This document shows, piece after piece, positions 20,101 through 31,706 of a stretch of DNA of 64,000 bases. The stretch comes from Eledone cirrhosa (Eukaryota), in assembly GCA_964016885.1 (NCBI GenBank), contig OZ024740.1:423336001-423400000 (forward strand), given 5' to 3'. Within the stretch, counting starts at the first letter, position 1; the number at the start of each line of letters is the position of its first letter. The notes beneath the pieces were generated by a model. It saw only the letters and a program-made list of their open reading frames with translations, was not told where the DNA came from and did not search any database. Both the position numbers and the translations under genes were made by a program.

Positions 20101-21754
20101 ATGTGTATTGCAACGTCTTTTTTTTGTGATGCTGTCAATGTTTCGGAGAGGGGAGGCGCAGATTTATTTTTGTTTGTTGAGGGTGGGGTGTTTTTGATTG
20201 GAGTTGGTGTTTGTGTGTGGGTTATTTGTGGTGTGCTGGGTGTGTGTTTTCTTTTTTTTCTTTTAACTTGTCTGAAGGCTTCTCCTCCTTCTTCTTCAGA
20301 AGTTGGGGGAACTCTTCAGCGCTAGGTGGGAGGGACGTGTTGTGTGGTTGTTTTTTTTTGCGGGAGGGGTAGATTTGTTACTGTTTTTTTTATTATTTGT
20401 TTGGAATGGGTTTTGTGGTGGTGGTGGTAATGTTTGTGTCGTGCTTGTGGTTGGTGATGGTGGTGGTGATGTTTGTGTTGTGGTTGGTGGTGGTGATTTT
20501 TGTGTCGTGCTTGTGTTTGGTGCTGGTGGTGGTGATGTTTGTGTTGTGTTTGTGGTTGGTGGTGTCTGTATTTTGTTTGCTGTGTGTGGTATTAGTGTAT
20601 TTTTGGAGGTGGGTGGTGTTGGTGTACTGTTTGTGGTGGGTGTGGGCAATAGTCCTTTTTGAGGGATACGTTTCGGGCAGTTAGCCTTAACGTGTCCCCT
20701 TTCCATGCATAAATAGCATGCTGGTCTTCTCCCCTCTACAATTATATCTATTGGGGTAAGGTCATCCAGCCAGATGCGATCCGGGATTTGTGCTATTCTT
20801 TCGGGCCTCATTTGGACTAGTATGTCGAGGCCCATTCCCAGGAACGCATCTCCAGTTGCCTTCCCCATTGACAGCATTGTGTCTTCGCCCATGTCTATGA
20901 AGCCAGCAATAGCCCACCAGAAGTCCATTGTGGGCAGCATTGTTTTTACTTTTACTCTCTGTGTTCTACCCATGTAGGAGGGATAGAAGCTGTATGCTGT
21001 CGATGAGAGTGGGCTTAGGGAAAGCTTCTCCGCCGTTTCCTTGTCTTTTGTTAAGACCGAAATGCTGCCATAGAGTCGGTCCTTTCGTATGAAGAGAATA
21101 TTCTTCATATAGTCTTTTAGGACCAACTCTATTTCCATTTGGCTGGGCTGTGCTGGCTTTCTTGTTTGGTTCAGTATAGTTCTGAAGAGAACTGTGCTCT
21201 CTGTTCTGGCTTTCTTGAATTCTGGGGGGGGGGGGGAGTTAATGGAAAACATTCCGTTCTCCCCCAAGACTATTTGTTTTTTCGCTTCGGCCAGTTTTTC
21301 TCTGGTGGCAGTTAAGTCAATTGGTGTGTATGTTATGGATTGTTTTGTTTTCTGGGCGAAAGTTGCCCTGTTGTTATTTGTATTATTTTCTGTTTGTTTG
21401 TTTTCCGTTTGCTCATTTTCCTTAACATTTGTTTTTTCATTTTCCTTGTTTGTTTCGTTGTCTAATTTTGTTGTAATTATTTTTTGTTCTTCAGACTTGG
21501 GGGGCGTGGCAGAGCTAATGGCAGACATGTCTGCCATCTTTTCCGCCATGCTGCCAAGAAAGAAATTTTTCGGCAAGAAAATAGATATTTATTTTACCCC
21601 CTAAAAAGGGGGTAAATGCAAAAATGTTTCCCTAAATAACAGTGGTTAGTGTTCCAAATGTGTTGCACTGAAAAATTTATCCGGTACTTACTATAGTAAG
21701 GGTAAATCCCGATGGAATAGCGGAGCCGATGTGAAGCGTGTCATACTCTATCAA
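17126..21754 (-). mobile_element. Tx1/L1-like element A3: 5' UTR, ORF1 and most of ORF2, frameshifted; own 3' end absent
   Basis: ORF2 pieces 17111..17506, 17525..18529, 18304..19428 and 19320..19706; ORF1 pieces 19712..20113 and 20296..21576; followed by (GATA)3 at 21755-21767. Confidence 0.92.
19712..21549 (-). pseudogene. A3 ORF1, frameshifted
   Basis: ATG at 21549 (MAEKMAD); CYLCMERGHVKANC knuckle; short P/T repeats; homologous to A2 ORF1. Confidence 0.87.
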
Positions 21755-21946
21755 GATAGATAGATAGACACATACAGAGAGAGAGAGAGAGAGAAGAAGA
21801 AGCCTATTTTGCAAGTCCTGACTAAATGAAGTGGTTCTGAATTTTTGCCAAAAAAAGATAACTTCAGCATCATTCACAAAAAAAGTAAAAACAGAGAAAA
21901 ACTTCAAGAAATAGACACACACACAGACACACACATATATACACAT

Positions 21947-21977
<31 letters not shown>

Positions 21978-22136
21978 CATATATACACATACACACACAT
22001 ATATATATACACATACACACACATACACTTGCACACACATACATACACTTGCACACATACACATATACACATGCACATACACACATGCACACACATACAC
22101 ACATATACATCCAAACACATACATACACACACATAC

Positions 22137-22169
<33 letters not shown>

Positions 22170-22242
22170 AACACACACACATACATTTGCACACAGAGAC
22201 ACACCGACATATCCAATGAGAGAGACACAAACACACACAAAC
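21755..22242. repeat. Microsatellite cluster: (GATA)3, (GA)n and a long compound (CA/TA)n
   Basis: Seen directly: GATA at 21755-21767, GA at 21776-21795, CA/TA at 21915-22242. Confidence 0.95.
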
Positions 22243-22349
22243 AAGTTCTATTATAAGAAGAAAGAGAAAAAGTCCAACCGAAATAAAATGGTAAGACGGT
22301 TGCGTCAATGACAATATTAAGACAGGAATAATTCCAAATTGTCATTAAT

Positions 22350-22521
22350 GACAGAGAGGGGGAGGGACAGGGTAGGGGGAGAGAGATTGTAGAAGTACAT
22401 GACTTTACTGTAGCTGTGTAAGAGAGAGAGAGAGAGAGAGAGATGGTGGATGTACATGACTTTACTGTAGCTGTGAAGGAGAGAGAGGGGGGGGGGGGGG
22501 AGATGGTGGAAGTACATGACT
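22350..22521. repeat. About three copies of a ~60-bp unit (GA/G tract plus GTACATGACT[TTACTGTAGCTGT])
   Basis: GTACATGACT at 22394, 22452 and 22512, separated by GA or G runs. Confidence 0.75.
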
Positions 22522-22673
22522 GGAGCACTTGAGTCAGTACAATCTTCAGACATACCTTGATAGAATTGGAATCAGTCCCAGGCGACATCACAAAAGACAA
22601 TAGAGAACAGCAAAATATCCCAAGTTCTGTCTGAGGTTACATAACTTGATAGTTAATTAAATGTCCAGTGTTA

Positions 22674-23405
22674 TTAATAATAATAATAATGAAATTATTG
22701 TGTACAGTGCTCAGGTGCACTGCAACTTATCAAAGGTGCATGTATAGAACATAGAATAATATACAAATGTCAGGGAGGTGAATAGTGTATGAGTCATGAT
22801 ATACACGTGTGTGTATGGAGGGGGAATATCAGGTATAATGTTGACGAATCTCAGGAAGCATGGAGGTTTTAAAGGATGCAGTGTCTCGACAGCTAACAAC
22901 TGATGCAGGTAGTTTGTTCCATGGAGGTTTTAAAGGATGCAGTGTCTCGACAGCTAACAACTGATGCAGGGAGTTTATTCCATGGAGGTTTTAAAGGATG
23001 CAGTGTCTCGACAGCTAACAACTGATGCAGGGAGTTTGTTCCATGGAGGTTTTAAAGGATGCAGTGTCTCGACAGCTAACAACTGATGCAGGGAGTTTGT
23101 TCCATGGAGGTTTTAAAGGATGCAGTGTCTCGACAGCTAACAACTGATGCAGGGAGTTTGTTCCATGGAGGTTTTAAAGGATGCAGTGTCTCGATAGCTA
23201 ACAACTGATGCAGGGAGTTTGTTCCATGGAGGTTTTAAAGGATGCAGTGTCTCGACAGCTAACAACTGATGCAGGTAGTTTGTTCCATGGAGGTTTTAAA
23301 GGATGCAGTGTCTCGACAGCTAACAACTGATGCAGGGAGTTTGTTCCATGCTTCAGTAACTCTGTGCGTGAAAAGATGTTTCCGAAAATCATGGGAGCTG
23401 TGCTG
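22674..23405 (-). mobile_element. CR1-like LINE 3' fragment with (TTA)n tail
   Basis: The minus strand translates HDFRKHLFTHRVTEAWNKLPASVVSCRDTASFKTSM, which fits the CR1-type ORF2 C-terminal pattern R..FF..RV...WN.LP..VV......FK. (AAT)n at 22675-22690. Confidence 0.75.
22859..23350. repeat. Tandem repeat of 8 x 61 bp inside the CR1-like fragment
   Basis: Unit CATGGAGGTTTTAAAGGATGCAGTGTCTCGACAGCTAACAACTGATGCAGGGAGTTTGTTC starting at 22859, 22920, 22981 and so on; no spacers. Confidence 0.97.
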
Positions 23406-23435
23406 TTAATTAGATTATTACTGTGTAAATGTAGA

Positions 23436-23513
23436 AATAATAATGATTTACGATTTAGTCACAAGGCCAACAATTTTTGTGGAGGGGGAAGTCGATTAAA
23501 TTGACCTCAGTAC
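23436..23513 (-). mobile_element. 3' half of a tRNA-derived SINE with a short (TTA)n tail, split by the hAT insertion
   Basis: Joined across the TSD to 25737-25812, it resembles an abundant octopus SINE (from memory, not searched). Confidence 0.6.
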
Positions 23514-25728
23514 CAGTGGCGTAGCTAGGGTAAACGGTGCCCAGGGCAAGCATCAAAATCCCCCCCCCCCCCCCCAAAAAAAAAAGTCAAGATCCACAAA
23601 GACGAAATTGCGGTAGAATTTATAATAAAAAAACAAAAATCGGTTACAACTTGATTTTGGGGGCTTTTAATGAGGCAAACTAGTTGATAATTTCTCTTCG
23701 AAATCAGTTCGTTCAAACTCTTCGATTTCTACACTCAAAAGGGCGAGGTCAGTCAGCCGTTGTTGACCCATTGAGGTTCACAAATACGAATGTATTAGCT
23801 TCAGCTTGCTGAACGACCTCTCGTAACTGGCAATTGAAATAGAAATCGTCAACATTATTTGACTGCTGATTCGCAAATTCGGAAAAACACATTCATCGCC
23901 GTATTGTATGATGAACTGGAGAAGTGCCCCCGGCTTTAAAATTGGGTCAGCTGTCCTAGTAGCCAGCAAGGATCGGCAGTCCAAGATTTCCTCATACAAT
24001 TGCTCTCCGTCGATGTCGGAGTTGTATAATTCCGCAAGACTGTTGCACCTTTGTTTAAGGACAAGGTTATCAGGAGCAGCCAAATAAAATAGATTGTTGA
24101 CATCAAGAAGAAAGCCAAAACTTGAGTCAGTTTCCTTAAGTCGAATAAACCGTTCTTCCATTTCTGTTTGAAGACGATTGAGTGAACTTTACATTGCTCT
24201 CTCTATCTCTTTTCTGGCAGCCACCTCGACGTCCTCAGTGATTTAGGTATTGGTTTGTCGTCTTCCTCGCCTCCTCGGAAAATCGACATTCCATTTCTGG
24301 CAGAGGTCGAAGTTCATTTCAAGAAACTCGTGGATTAAGGATGTTCCTTCTTCTTTAAAATAAAGTTGAAGGGCTCCTATATCAATGCAGCATCGTGAAA
24401 ATTCATTCTTGGATCTTGAAGTCTCTTTTGAACCCGGTCAATTCGTGAGAGAATCGTGTTCCAGAATCCAATCAAGTTCAGGAATTCATAACTCAGTATC
24501 CGATTATGGAGATTACTGGCATCACTTCTACTCTCGCTTGTCTCTGTTTCATCATCACTAATTCTTTCGAGAACTTGAACAATCAGCGTCAAATAATTTG
24601 CCACCGGTCTGACTGCGGTACATCTAGCACTCCACCGCGTGTCGGAAGGATATTTAACAACCACTGGAGCAACTTCTTTAAGGGCTTCCCATCGTCGTGT
24701 TGAACGAGAAAAAAAGTTGTATAACGAGTCAATGCAACTGAAAAAGTTCATAGCAGAATCATTTTTGGCTGCATGAAGACCAGCCAGATTAAGTGAATGG
24801 TTATCGCAATTAACGAAGTGAATCAAATTATTCTTCTCTCTCATTCTCTGCTGAACTCCACTGCGGTGCCCAGCCATTATGGCAGCATTGTCGTAGCACT
24901 GCGATCGACAGTTCTGCAGTGGTAGGTCATCTTTTTCTAGCTCTTTCACGGTTGTTTCAATAAGGCTTGCGTCATCTTTTTTAATTACTTGAATGAATCC
25001 AAGAAAAGATTCCCTCACAACGACCGTCTTCATACTGAAATCAACATCGACATATCGCACAACTTTTGACAATTGTTCTCGGTGCGTCTGGTCAGGGGTC
25101 GAATCAATCAGCAGACCATAGTATCTTGCTTTTTGGATACGATTTAGTAAATTCTGACGAACTGTATTATAGAAGAAAACATTGAACCATCTAAACTGGA
25201 GTCAAATTGAATTCCTAATAGAAGCTATCCGATCCTATCTGGCCATTTGGATTATGATACCTTTTCTATGCGTCTTATGTACCAGTTGTAAAAGACAAAC
25301 TACTCTGTTTTGTAAACCAGCTTCATAATTATAATTATCTTGTATTGGTCATTGCAATGCATTGCTAAAAATAGCGCCCGCGTGTCCACCAGTTGTACGT
25401 CCCAAACTACGTCCCTTCAGTCAGTGAGGTCAAGTGAGGTATCTGCTGTTTTGCAATGTATAGCTAAAAATAGCGCCCGCATAATTGCAACCCACCTTGC
25501 TGTCAGTGTGGAGGAGGGGGGGGGGCGCATTTGTGAAGTCAAATCAGACATCTGCTCTGTCTAGTGCACTAGACATGGCGTGGAAGTCGGTTATCAAGAA
25601 ATCACATGCTTCATTTTTGGCTTATATTTTGAAATGGATGTAAATCGATCTAGGTCGAAATTGCGCGCCCCACTAAATATGGCGCCCGTGGCATGTGCCC
25701 TCCTTGCCACACCCTAGCTACGCTACTG
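23514..25728 (-). mobile_element. hAT-superfamily DNA transposon, 2215 bp, defective
   Basis: TIRs CAGTGGCGTAGCTAGGGT (23514-23531) and ACCCTAGCTACGCTACTG (25711-25728), with one mismatch. Exact 8-bp TSD CTCAGTAC at 23506-23513 and 25729-25736. Confidence 0.96.
23720..25165 (-). pseudogene. hAT transposase remnant
   Basis: IDSTPD (~25095-25112), QCYDNAA, CDNHSLNL (CxxH), TRW, and the dimerization-domain pattern FPNL...ERSFSKLKLI. Several stops; N-terminus apparently missing. Confidence 0.9.
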
Positions 25729-25812
25729 CTCAGTACATTACTGGTACTTTATTTTATCGACCTCGTAAGTATGAAAGGCAAAGTTAACCTCGGCGGGATT
25801 TGAACTCAGAAC
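25729..25812 (-). mobile_element. 5' half of the tRNA-derived SINE (B box present, A box not seen)
   Basis: Minus-strand GTTCAAATCC (25796-25805) matches the Pol III B box GTTCRANNC; the sequence then runs into (AAT)n. Confidence 0.62.
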
Positions 25813-25843
25813 ATAATAATAATAATAATAACAATAAATATAA

Positions 25844-25930
25844 TTGTCCCCTATATGTCGGCCCTTGTGGCCAATAAATAATAATAACGATTTCATTTAT
25901 TGGCCACAAGGGCCGACATATAGGGGACAA
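25844..25930. repeat. Perfect 36-bp inverted repeat of the family-B 3' terminus
   Basis: 25844-25879 is the reverse complement of 25895-25930, with a 15-nt spacer. Confidence 0.95.
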
Positions 25931-28900
25931 CACAATAGACAGGGACAGTAGGGGTTTACATAGAGATCGAGTAAGTATAAATAACAAAAAAACAAAATAA
26001 CAATAAAAATACAACAATGAAAGTTCCCCAATAAGAGGGATCACCACCCAGGGTTGACTCAAGCACCCCACCAGTCCTGAGCCACCCGACGCTCCTAGGG
26101 CACCCCTCTCCTTCTCGAATTCACCAGCCTACAGGCGCATGATCAGAGTAGGCCCACTCACGCGGGCCATTCTCGCCACATTCACCCACCTTTCAGTAAA
26201 TGTACTGGGGGGGGGGGGGCAGCACTTCTCTCTCCACCCTCACCTTCCTTTCCAAGTGAAACTTGAAGAAGTTGATGAGGGATTGGCCGAAGAGAAAAGT
26301 GTCTGTCTTCAGTCCTTTCAACCTGGTCCACCATGCAACCTCTTTCGCTACTGCCACCAGGCAGAGGAAAATTGCCTGCCCTTCCTGACCAAAAGAAGGC
26401 GGCGGGTCAATCTTCACTATGGACTCGGACGATAGCCGGATCCGTTCTACACGCGACAATAGCTGTTCGACATAACCCCACAAGTCAGCAATGCACGGAC
26501 ACTGGAGGAGTGCGTGCAGAACGGTTTCGTCGCTCTGCGTGCATCTCGGGCAGGTTCGTCTGACAGCACTTCCGTGCCTGTAGAGTTTATCCCGAACCGG
26601 CAGCGCCCCCCGGTAGCACTGCCAAGCGAGGGATTTCTGGAAGTTATCCATCGTCCCCGGCTCGAAAGTCCTCCGGAACATACTGGTCAGTTCTACTTCG
26701 TTGACGCCTAGAACCTCTCCTAGTACGTCATCGTACTTGCCCTCCACTAATCCTCTATAGAAATCTTGAGTGGAAGTTCCACTGACCGCATTGCCCACCT
26801 TGCAGAGTGCAGTGAGCGCCTGGCAACATTCCAGATGCCAGTCGCCCAGTCTCGGTCTCTTCTTGACCCAGGACTGCAGCTCAGTCAAAGAGATGAGCTG
26901 CGGAAAGGCCCGTCTAACAAACGGCGACCACACCTGTTCACCGTTTAGGAAAAATATCTGGAGATGTCGCAGCCTCAGCGCATGTCTGCGCATCATTAGC
27001 CACGGCATGCCCAGCCCTCCACGAAGAGGGTGCTGGCAGCAGATGGACCGCCTCACCAACGGGACCCGTCCCCTCCACAAAAATTTGAAAAGGAGCCGTT
27101 CCAAATTGGCGAGGCGTGGACGGGGGCAAGGCACGACGGTCAGGCGGTAGTAGATGACGGACGCGATGTACGCGTTCGCCACCTCCGCCCGCCCTTTCAG
27201 TGATAGCTTTCTCTCAGCCCATTTCTGGGTGAGGTTGGCTATCCTGCTCGTCACCTCGTCCCAATTCTTATCCACCTGGAGGTCTGGTCCGAACCAAACC
27301 CCGAGCAACTTTACCGGTCCGTCTGTCCAGCGCCCAACGACGCTGTTGGACGGCATGGACTTGCCTCTCCAGGTGCCGAGCTGCAAGCCCACCGACTTTT
27401 CCGGGTTAAGTTTTGCTCCCGTCAACCTTTCATATTCCTCCAAATGGGTGCGGATCACCTCGATTTCCGAGGTGTCCGACACCATCACGGTGATGTCGTC
27501 CGCATAAGCGGACGCAGCCTTTCTGCGTCCCGGTTCGAGCGGGATGCCCTGCAACAACTCCAGCTTCCGCAGTAGAGGCTCAAGAGTCAATACGTACAGA
27601 AGTGAGGAGAGAGGGCACCCTTGACGGACCGATCGAGAGATCTGAAACGGTTCCGAGAGGTGGCCATTAACTTTGACCACCGAGCAGATGCCGCTGTACA
27701 TTGCAGCGATCCAGCTTCTGAAGACGGGGCCGAAGCCAGCCGCCTCGAGGACAGCCTCCAAGTACCGATGGTCGACCCTATCGAATGCTTTCGATTGATC
27801 TAAATTGATCAGAGCCCCACCGAAGCCAGGTTTGCACCCAACCCTCTCTATGATGTATCGCATGAGGTGGAGGTTGTCGTGTATGGACCTGGTCGGGATT
27901 GCGCAAGTTTGCGCCTCCCCAACCAAATCTTTGACGACAAGCGCCAACCTTTTCGCTAACACCTTGGCCAAAATCTTAAACTCTGTGTTGAGCAGGGTTA
28001 TGGGCCTGAAATTATCTAGTGTGTCCCTCTTGTTCTCGTCTTTCCTTATCAGCGTCACTACGCCACGGCTCACAGAACTGGGAATGCTCCCGTTCTGCTG
28101 CCAGTTGCAGTAGAGCGCTTCGAGGAGATCGGAGAACAAGTCTGGCATATTTACGTAAAGCTCGTAGGGCAGACCATCCAAACCGGGTGACTTGCGACTC
28201 GAGCAGCCGACAAGGGCGTCCTGAATTTCGACTGATGTTATCGGCTCTTCGCAGCGCTCAGCGTCGGCCGTCGAGAGGCGTGGCAAGCCGTCGAGGTAGG
28301 GACTGAAGTCCACCGCCGTCTCCGACTCACCCATCCTCCCGAACAATCGAGCAAAGTGCTGGCGAAAGGCCTCACACATCTGCTTGGAATCGCTCAGTTC
28401 GTGTCCATCTCGATCCGTCAAAGACCGAATTGTGGTTTTATTTCCACGCTGCGTCTCTGCAAAGCGAGCCCATCGGGCAGCTTTGGTTCCCTCGTTCCTC
28501 AGAGCACGCGCCTTAGCTCTGACAATGCAACCTTCGTGTTTCGCATTGAAGAAATGGTCTAGTGCCATTCTCGCCGCTAGCACGTCTGTTGCAATGCCAC
28601 TACAAATAGCCTCGTCTAACTTAGCTATCAGCCCCTCCTCCTTTCTATTTTTCTCTATTGCTACTTCTTTGCTAAATCCTATCGAGGTTGCTCTAATCTC
28701 TCTTTTGAGAGCCCCCCACCACTTGTTGTTGACAACCCCCCCCTGTCAACTTTTGCTTAACTAAGTTGTTGACCCGGTCCCTGTAAGCTTTACGTGCCGG
28801 AAACGACATGTTTAGCTTCCAGTAGCTAGGTCCTAACCTACGTGTCTTATCTAGGTCGACCATACAGATCACAAGCTTGTGATCTGAATAGGCAACCGTT

Positions 28901-31706
28901 TTAAAATGTGGACATCCTACACTATTTCTATCTCTTTTCCTAATGAAAATCCTATCTATGTACGATCTAGATGACCCTATGCGATTGGTCCAGGTCCATA
29001 CTGGCGCATTAGGGAAATTTAGTCGGTACCTGTCAGACAGTTGAAACTGGCTGATCAGGTACTTGAGGCTTTTGCACCCCCCGCTCCTATCAGATACTCC
29101 CACACAATCCCAGCGTGCTTCTAAGATGCCATTCCAATCCCCTATTAACAGTAAAGGGCGAGACGTAAGCAGAAAGTTTTCCAGGCGCCTAAAGAAGTCC
29201 GGCCGACCGGCCCCAGTAGGGGCGTAGACGGCCACCAGTCTAAAGGCACCACCTTCGCTATTGCTCACGTCCAGGACCACCAACTTTCCGTCAGGATCCC
29301 GGAAGATTGACCTTACCTCGAGATCCAGACATTTCCTAAACAGCACAGCCACTCCACCTCCCATTCCCGGCCGACTAACAGATGCAAAGATCTGATAATC
29401 GTCGAAAATCGGCGCCAGTGCGCGTGTGTCGGAAATTCTGGTCTCGCTGATGGCAATTACATCCATTCCTAGTGACCTGAGGTCGTTGAGCAAGTGACCT
29501 TGCTTCCAGGGCGACCCCAGGCCACGAACATTTAAACTTCCTACTCTTATGGCCATGCTGGCAGGATGAATGGGAGAGGAAAGGTTTACTTACCTTCCGG
29601 GGTCTTGTGAAGGTCGGGTGGTTCGACCTCCATGGTTTGTGGGGTTTCTTTTGGGAACCCCTTTAATAGTCTTGAAGTGGGTTTTACGTTCGGGGTTCCC
29701 ACATCCCGAGGAAAGCTCTTTCGAATTTCTTTGTATGAAGCGAGCGACATTCGCATCAGAAGCAAATTATCTGGTACGCGAAATGTGCTCGCTTCAAATG
29801 TTTCCCCCTCTTTTTCGATGTTTGTGCTTCGTGCTACATGGGCCATCAATTCCTTGTTGGCCCTTCTGGCAAGCACGAAGTTTTTAATGTTTTGTTGCTC
29901 GGGTTTTATTTGTTCGTGTGATTGTGGTGGTGATAGCTTTGTTAGTGTTGTTTCTATTGTGTCTGCGTTTGTTGTGGGTGGGGTGTCTGTAGTTTCTGAT
30001 GTTTGTGTGTCTATTTGTTCTTGTGTCTGTTTAGCTTGTTTGCGTTTGAGGGATTTTGGTGGTTGTGTTGGTGATGCTGTGGGGAAAATGTTTGTGTGGG
30101 TGGTGTGTGTATTTTTTTTTGTGGGGGTGTTTGTGCTTTGTGGATTTCTTTTTTTTTGTGTTTTGTTTTTTGTATTTTGGGGGACTTTGGTTTTCCCTCA
30201 TCTTCACTGCTGGAGGATGAGGGGTCTGTGGCTGTGAGCGTGTTTGTGTCTGAGTGAGTGTTTATGTTGTTGTTCGTGTGTGTATTTTGGGGGGAAGGGG
30301 GAATGGGAGAGCTTTCCTCGTTTCCCCCCTGGGTGTGCAATTTTGGTGGTTCCATTGTTGACGGTGTTGCTGGTGGTCCTTGTCCCGGTGTCGCCAGCAG
30401 TGGAATCTTTCGACCCCTTGCGCTTTTCGGCAGTTGAGGGCAGAAGGCTCGCAAGTGTGTCGTTTCCCCACAAAGGAAACAATGCGGCCTTTTCCCCTCA
30501 GTCATTATATGCAACACCCTCCCGTTTTGGAGGCGGATGTGGTCCGGGATTGCTTTTACGTTTTCGGGTCTGATTTGGAGCAGTATCTCCAGATCAACCC
30601 CGGACCAGTCGTCCCTGGCAGTTCTCGTTGCCTCTACCGGGACTGTATCCGTTCCTTCCACGACTACGCAACCCAGGAGCCACCACATATCAAGTCCTGG
30701 TGGAATCCTGGGAATGCGCACACGTGCTATTCGTTTTCCCATGTGGGAGGGGTACATTATGACCTTGCTGGTTTTGCAAGGGGTCATTGAATGCTTCACA
30801 GCGAGGGCTTCAGACTTGAACAGCACCGAAACGGTGCCGTATTGCCTGCCCCTCTCTATGAAGTCTGTGTCCTCTCTGATGTATTTCAGTGCGGCTTCTA
30901 TATCAGCTTGGGCGATTATCGCTGCCCTCTTTGTCTCTACTGAGATGCATCTGAAATGCACCGTTCTTTTTTCCACTGCCTCAATGGCTTCTGCCGGGAC
31001 AGTTAAGTTTGCCCAGGTCTGCTCTTGATTTATGATTTTCCAGGCCTGGGCCAACTTTTCCTCTCTGTTGGTTAAGTCGATGCTGTAGCATGGTCTCCTT
31101 TTAGCCGCTGCCACAGCAGCGAAAGTGTTCTTGTTGGTGTTGTCACTGTTGTTGTTCTTGTTGGTGTTGCTGCTGCTATTGCTGTTGTTGTTCTCCCCTG
31201 TGTCGTGGTTACCTTCTGTGCTGTTGGCCTTGTTGGTGCTGCTGCTGTCGCTACTATTACTCTCTGTGCTGTTCGTTTTGTTGGTGCTCTCGCTATTACC
31301 ACCTTCTGCGCTGTTCGGCTTGTTGGTGTTGGTGTTGTCACTGTTACCACCTTCCGCGCCGCTCGGCCCGTTGGTGCTGGCACTGTCGCTGCTCATACAC
31401 GTGCTGGTGGCGCTCCTCGCCTCACCTCTCCTCTCAACGCTCAAGTCGCCGTTGCACGACAGCAGACCCGCCTCTAGGGGGCGTGGCTCCGCCATGTTTT
31501 TTTTGAGAAAAAAATTATTATTTTTCCAAAATAAAGTTCAAATATTTGGGCCAAAAGGCCCAAATATTATGAGTTATTCCTTCACAGGATACAAATTAAT
31601 GTCTTATAATGCTTCAGCGGTACAAAAAAATAAACAATTCTCTACAATTAATCCTCAAAAAATTGCTTACTCACGGAGCTTCAAAAAACGTACATCCACT
31701 TTCGTC
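25880..31706 (-). mobile_element. LINE B1 (both ORFs frameshifted at homopolymers)
   Basis: ORF2 26129-29556 is split (26193..28583, 28693..29556); ORF1 29586-31495 is split; 13-bp deletion in the 3' UTR near 26105. Confidence 0.95.
31541..31568 (-). promoter_or_regulatory. 5' UTR hairpin (12-bp stem, U4 loop) 45 nt upstream of the ORF1 AUG; present in every complete B unit
   Basis: AATATTTGGGCC-AAAA-GGCCCAAATATT is a perfect inverted repeat. Confidence 0.65.

Noticed and set aside
21677-22600. 307-aa ORF and overlapping C/V- or H/T-rich ORFs
   Set aside because: Translations of (CA)n/(GA)n microsatellite.
22859-23350. CRISPR-like array
   Set aside because: Contiguous near-identical 61-bp units with no unique spacers and no cas genes; it lies inside a eukaryotic LINE fragment.
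25780-25812. Functional tRNA gene
   Set aside because: Only a B box is visible; no A box or cloverleaf.
29558-29593. Mini-intron between ORF1 and ORF2 making a fusion protein
   Set aside because: Only 36 nt in B and 31 nt in A1; in frame in A1, out of frame in B, and no acceptor in A2.
31541-31568. Rho-independent terminator
   Set aside because: Eukaryotic context and location in a 5' UTR; treated as an RNA structure instead.
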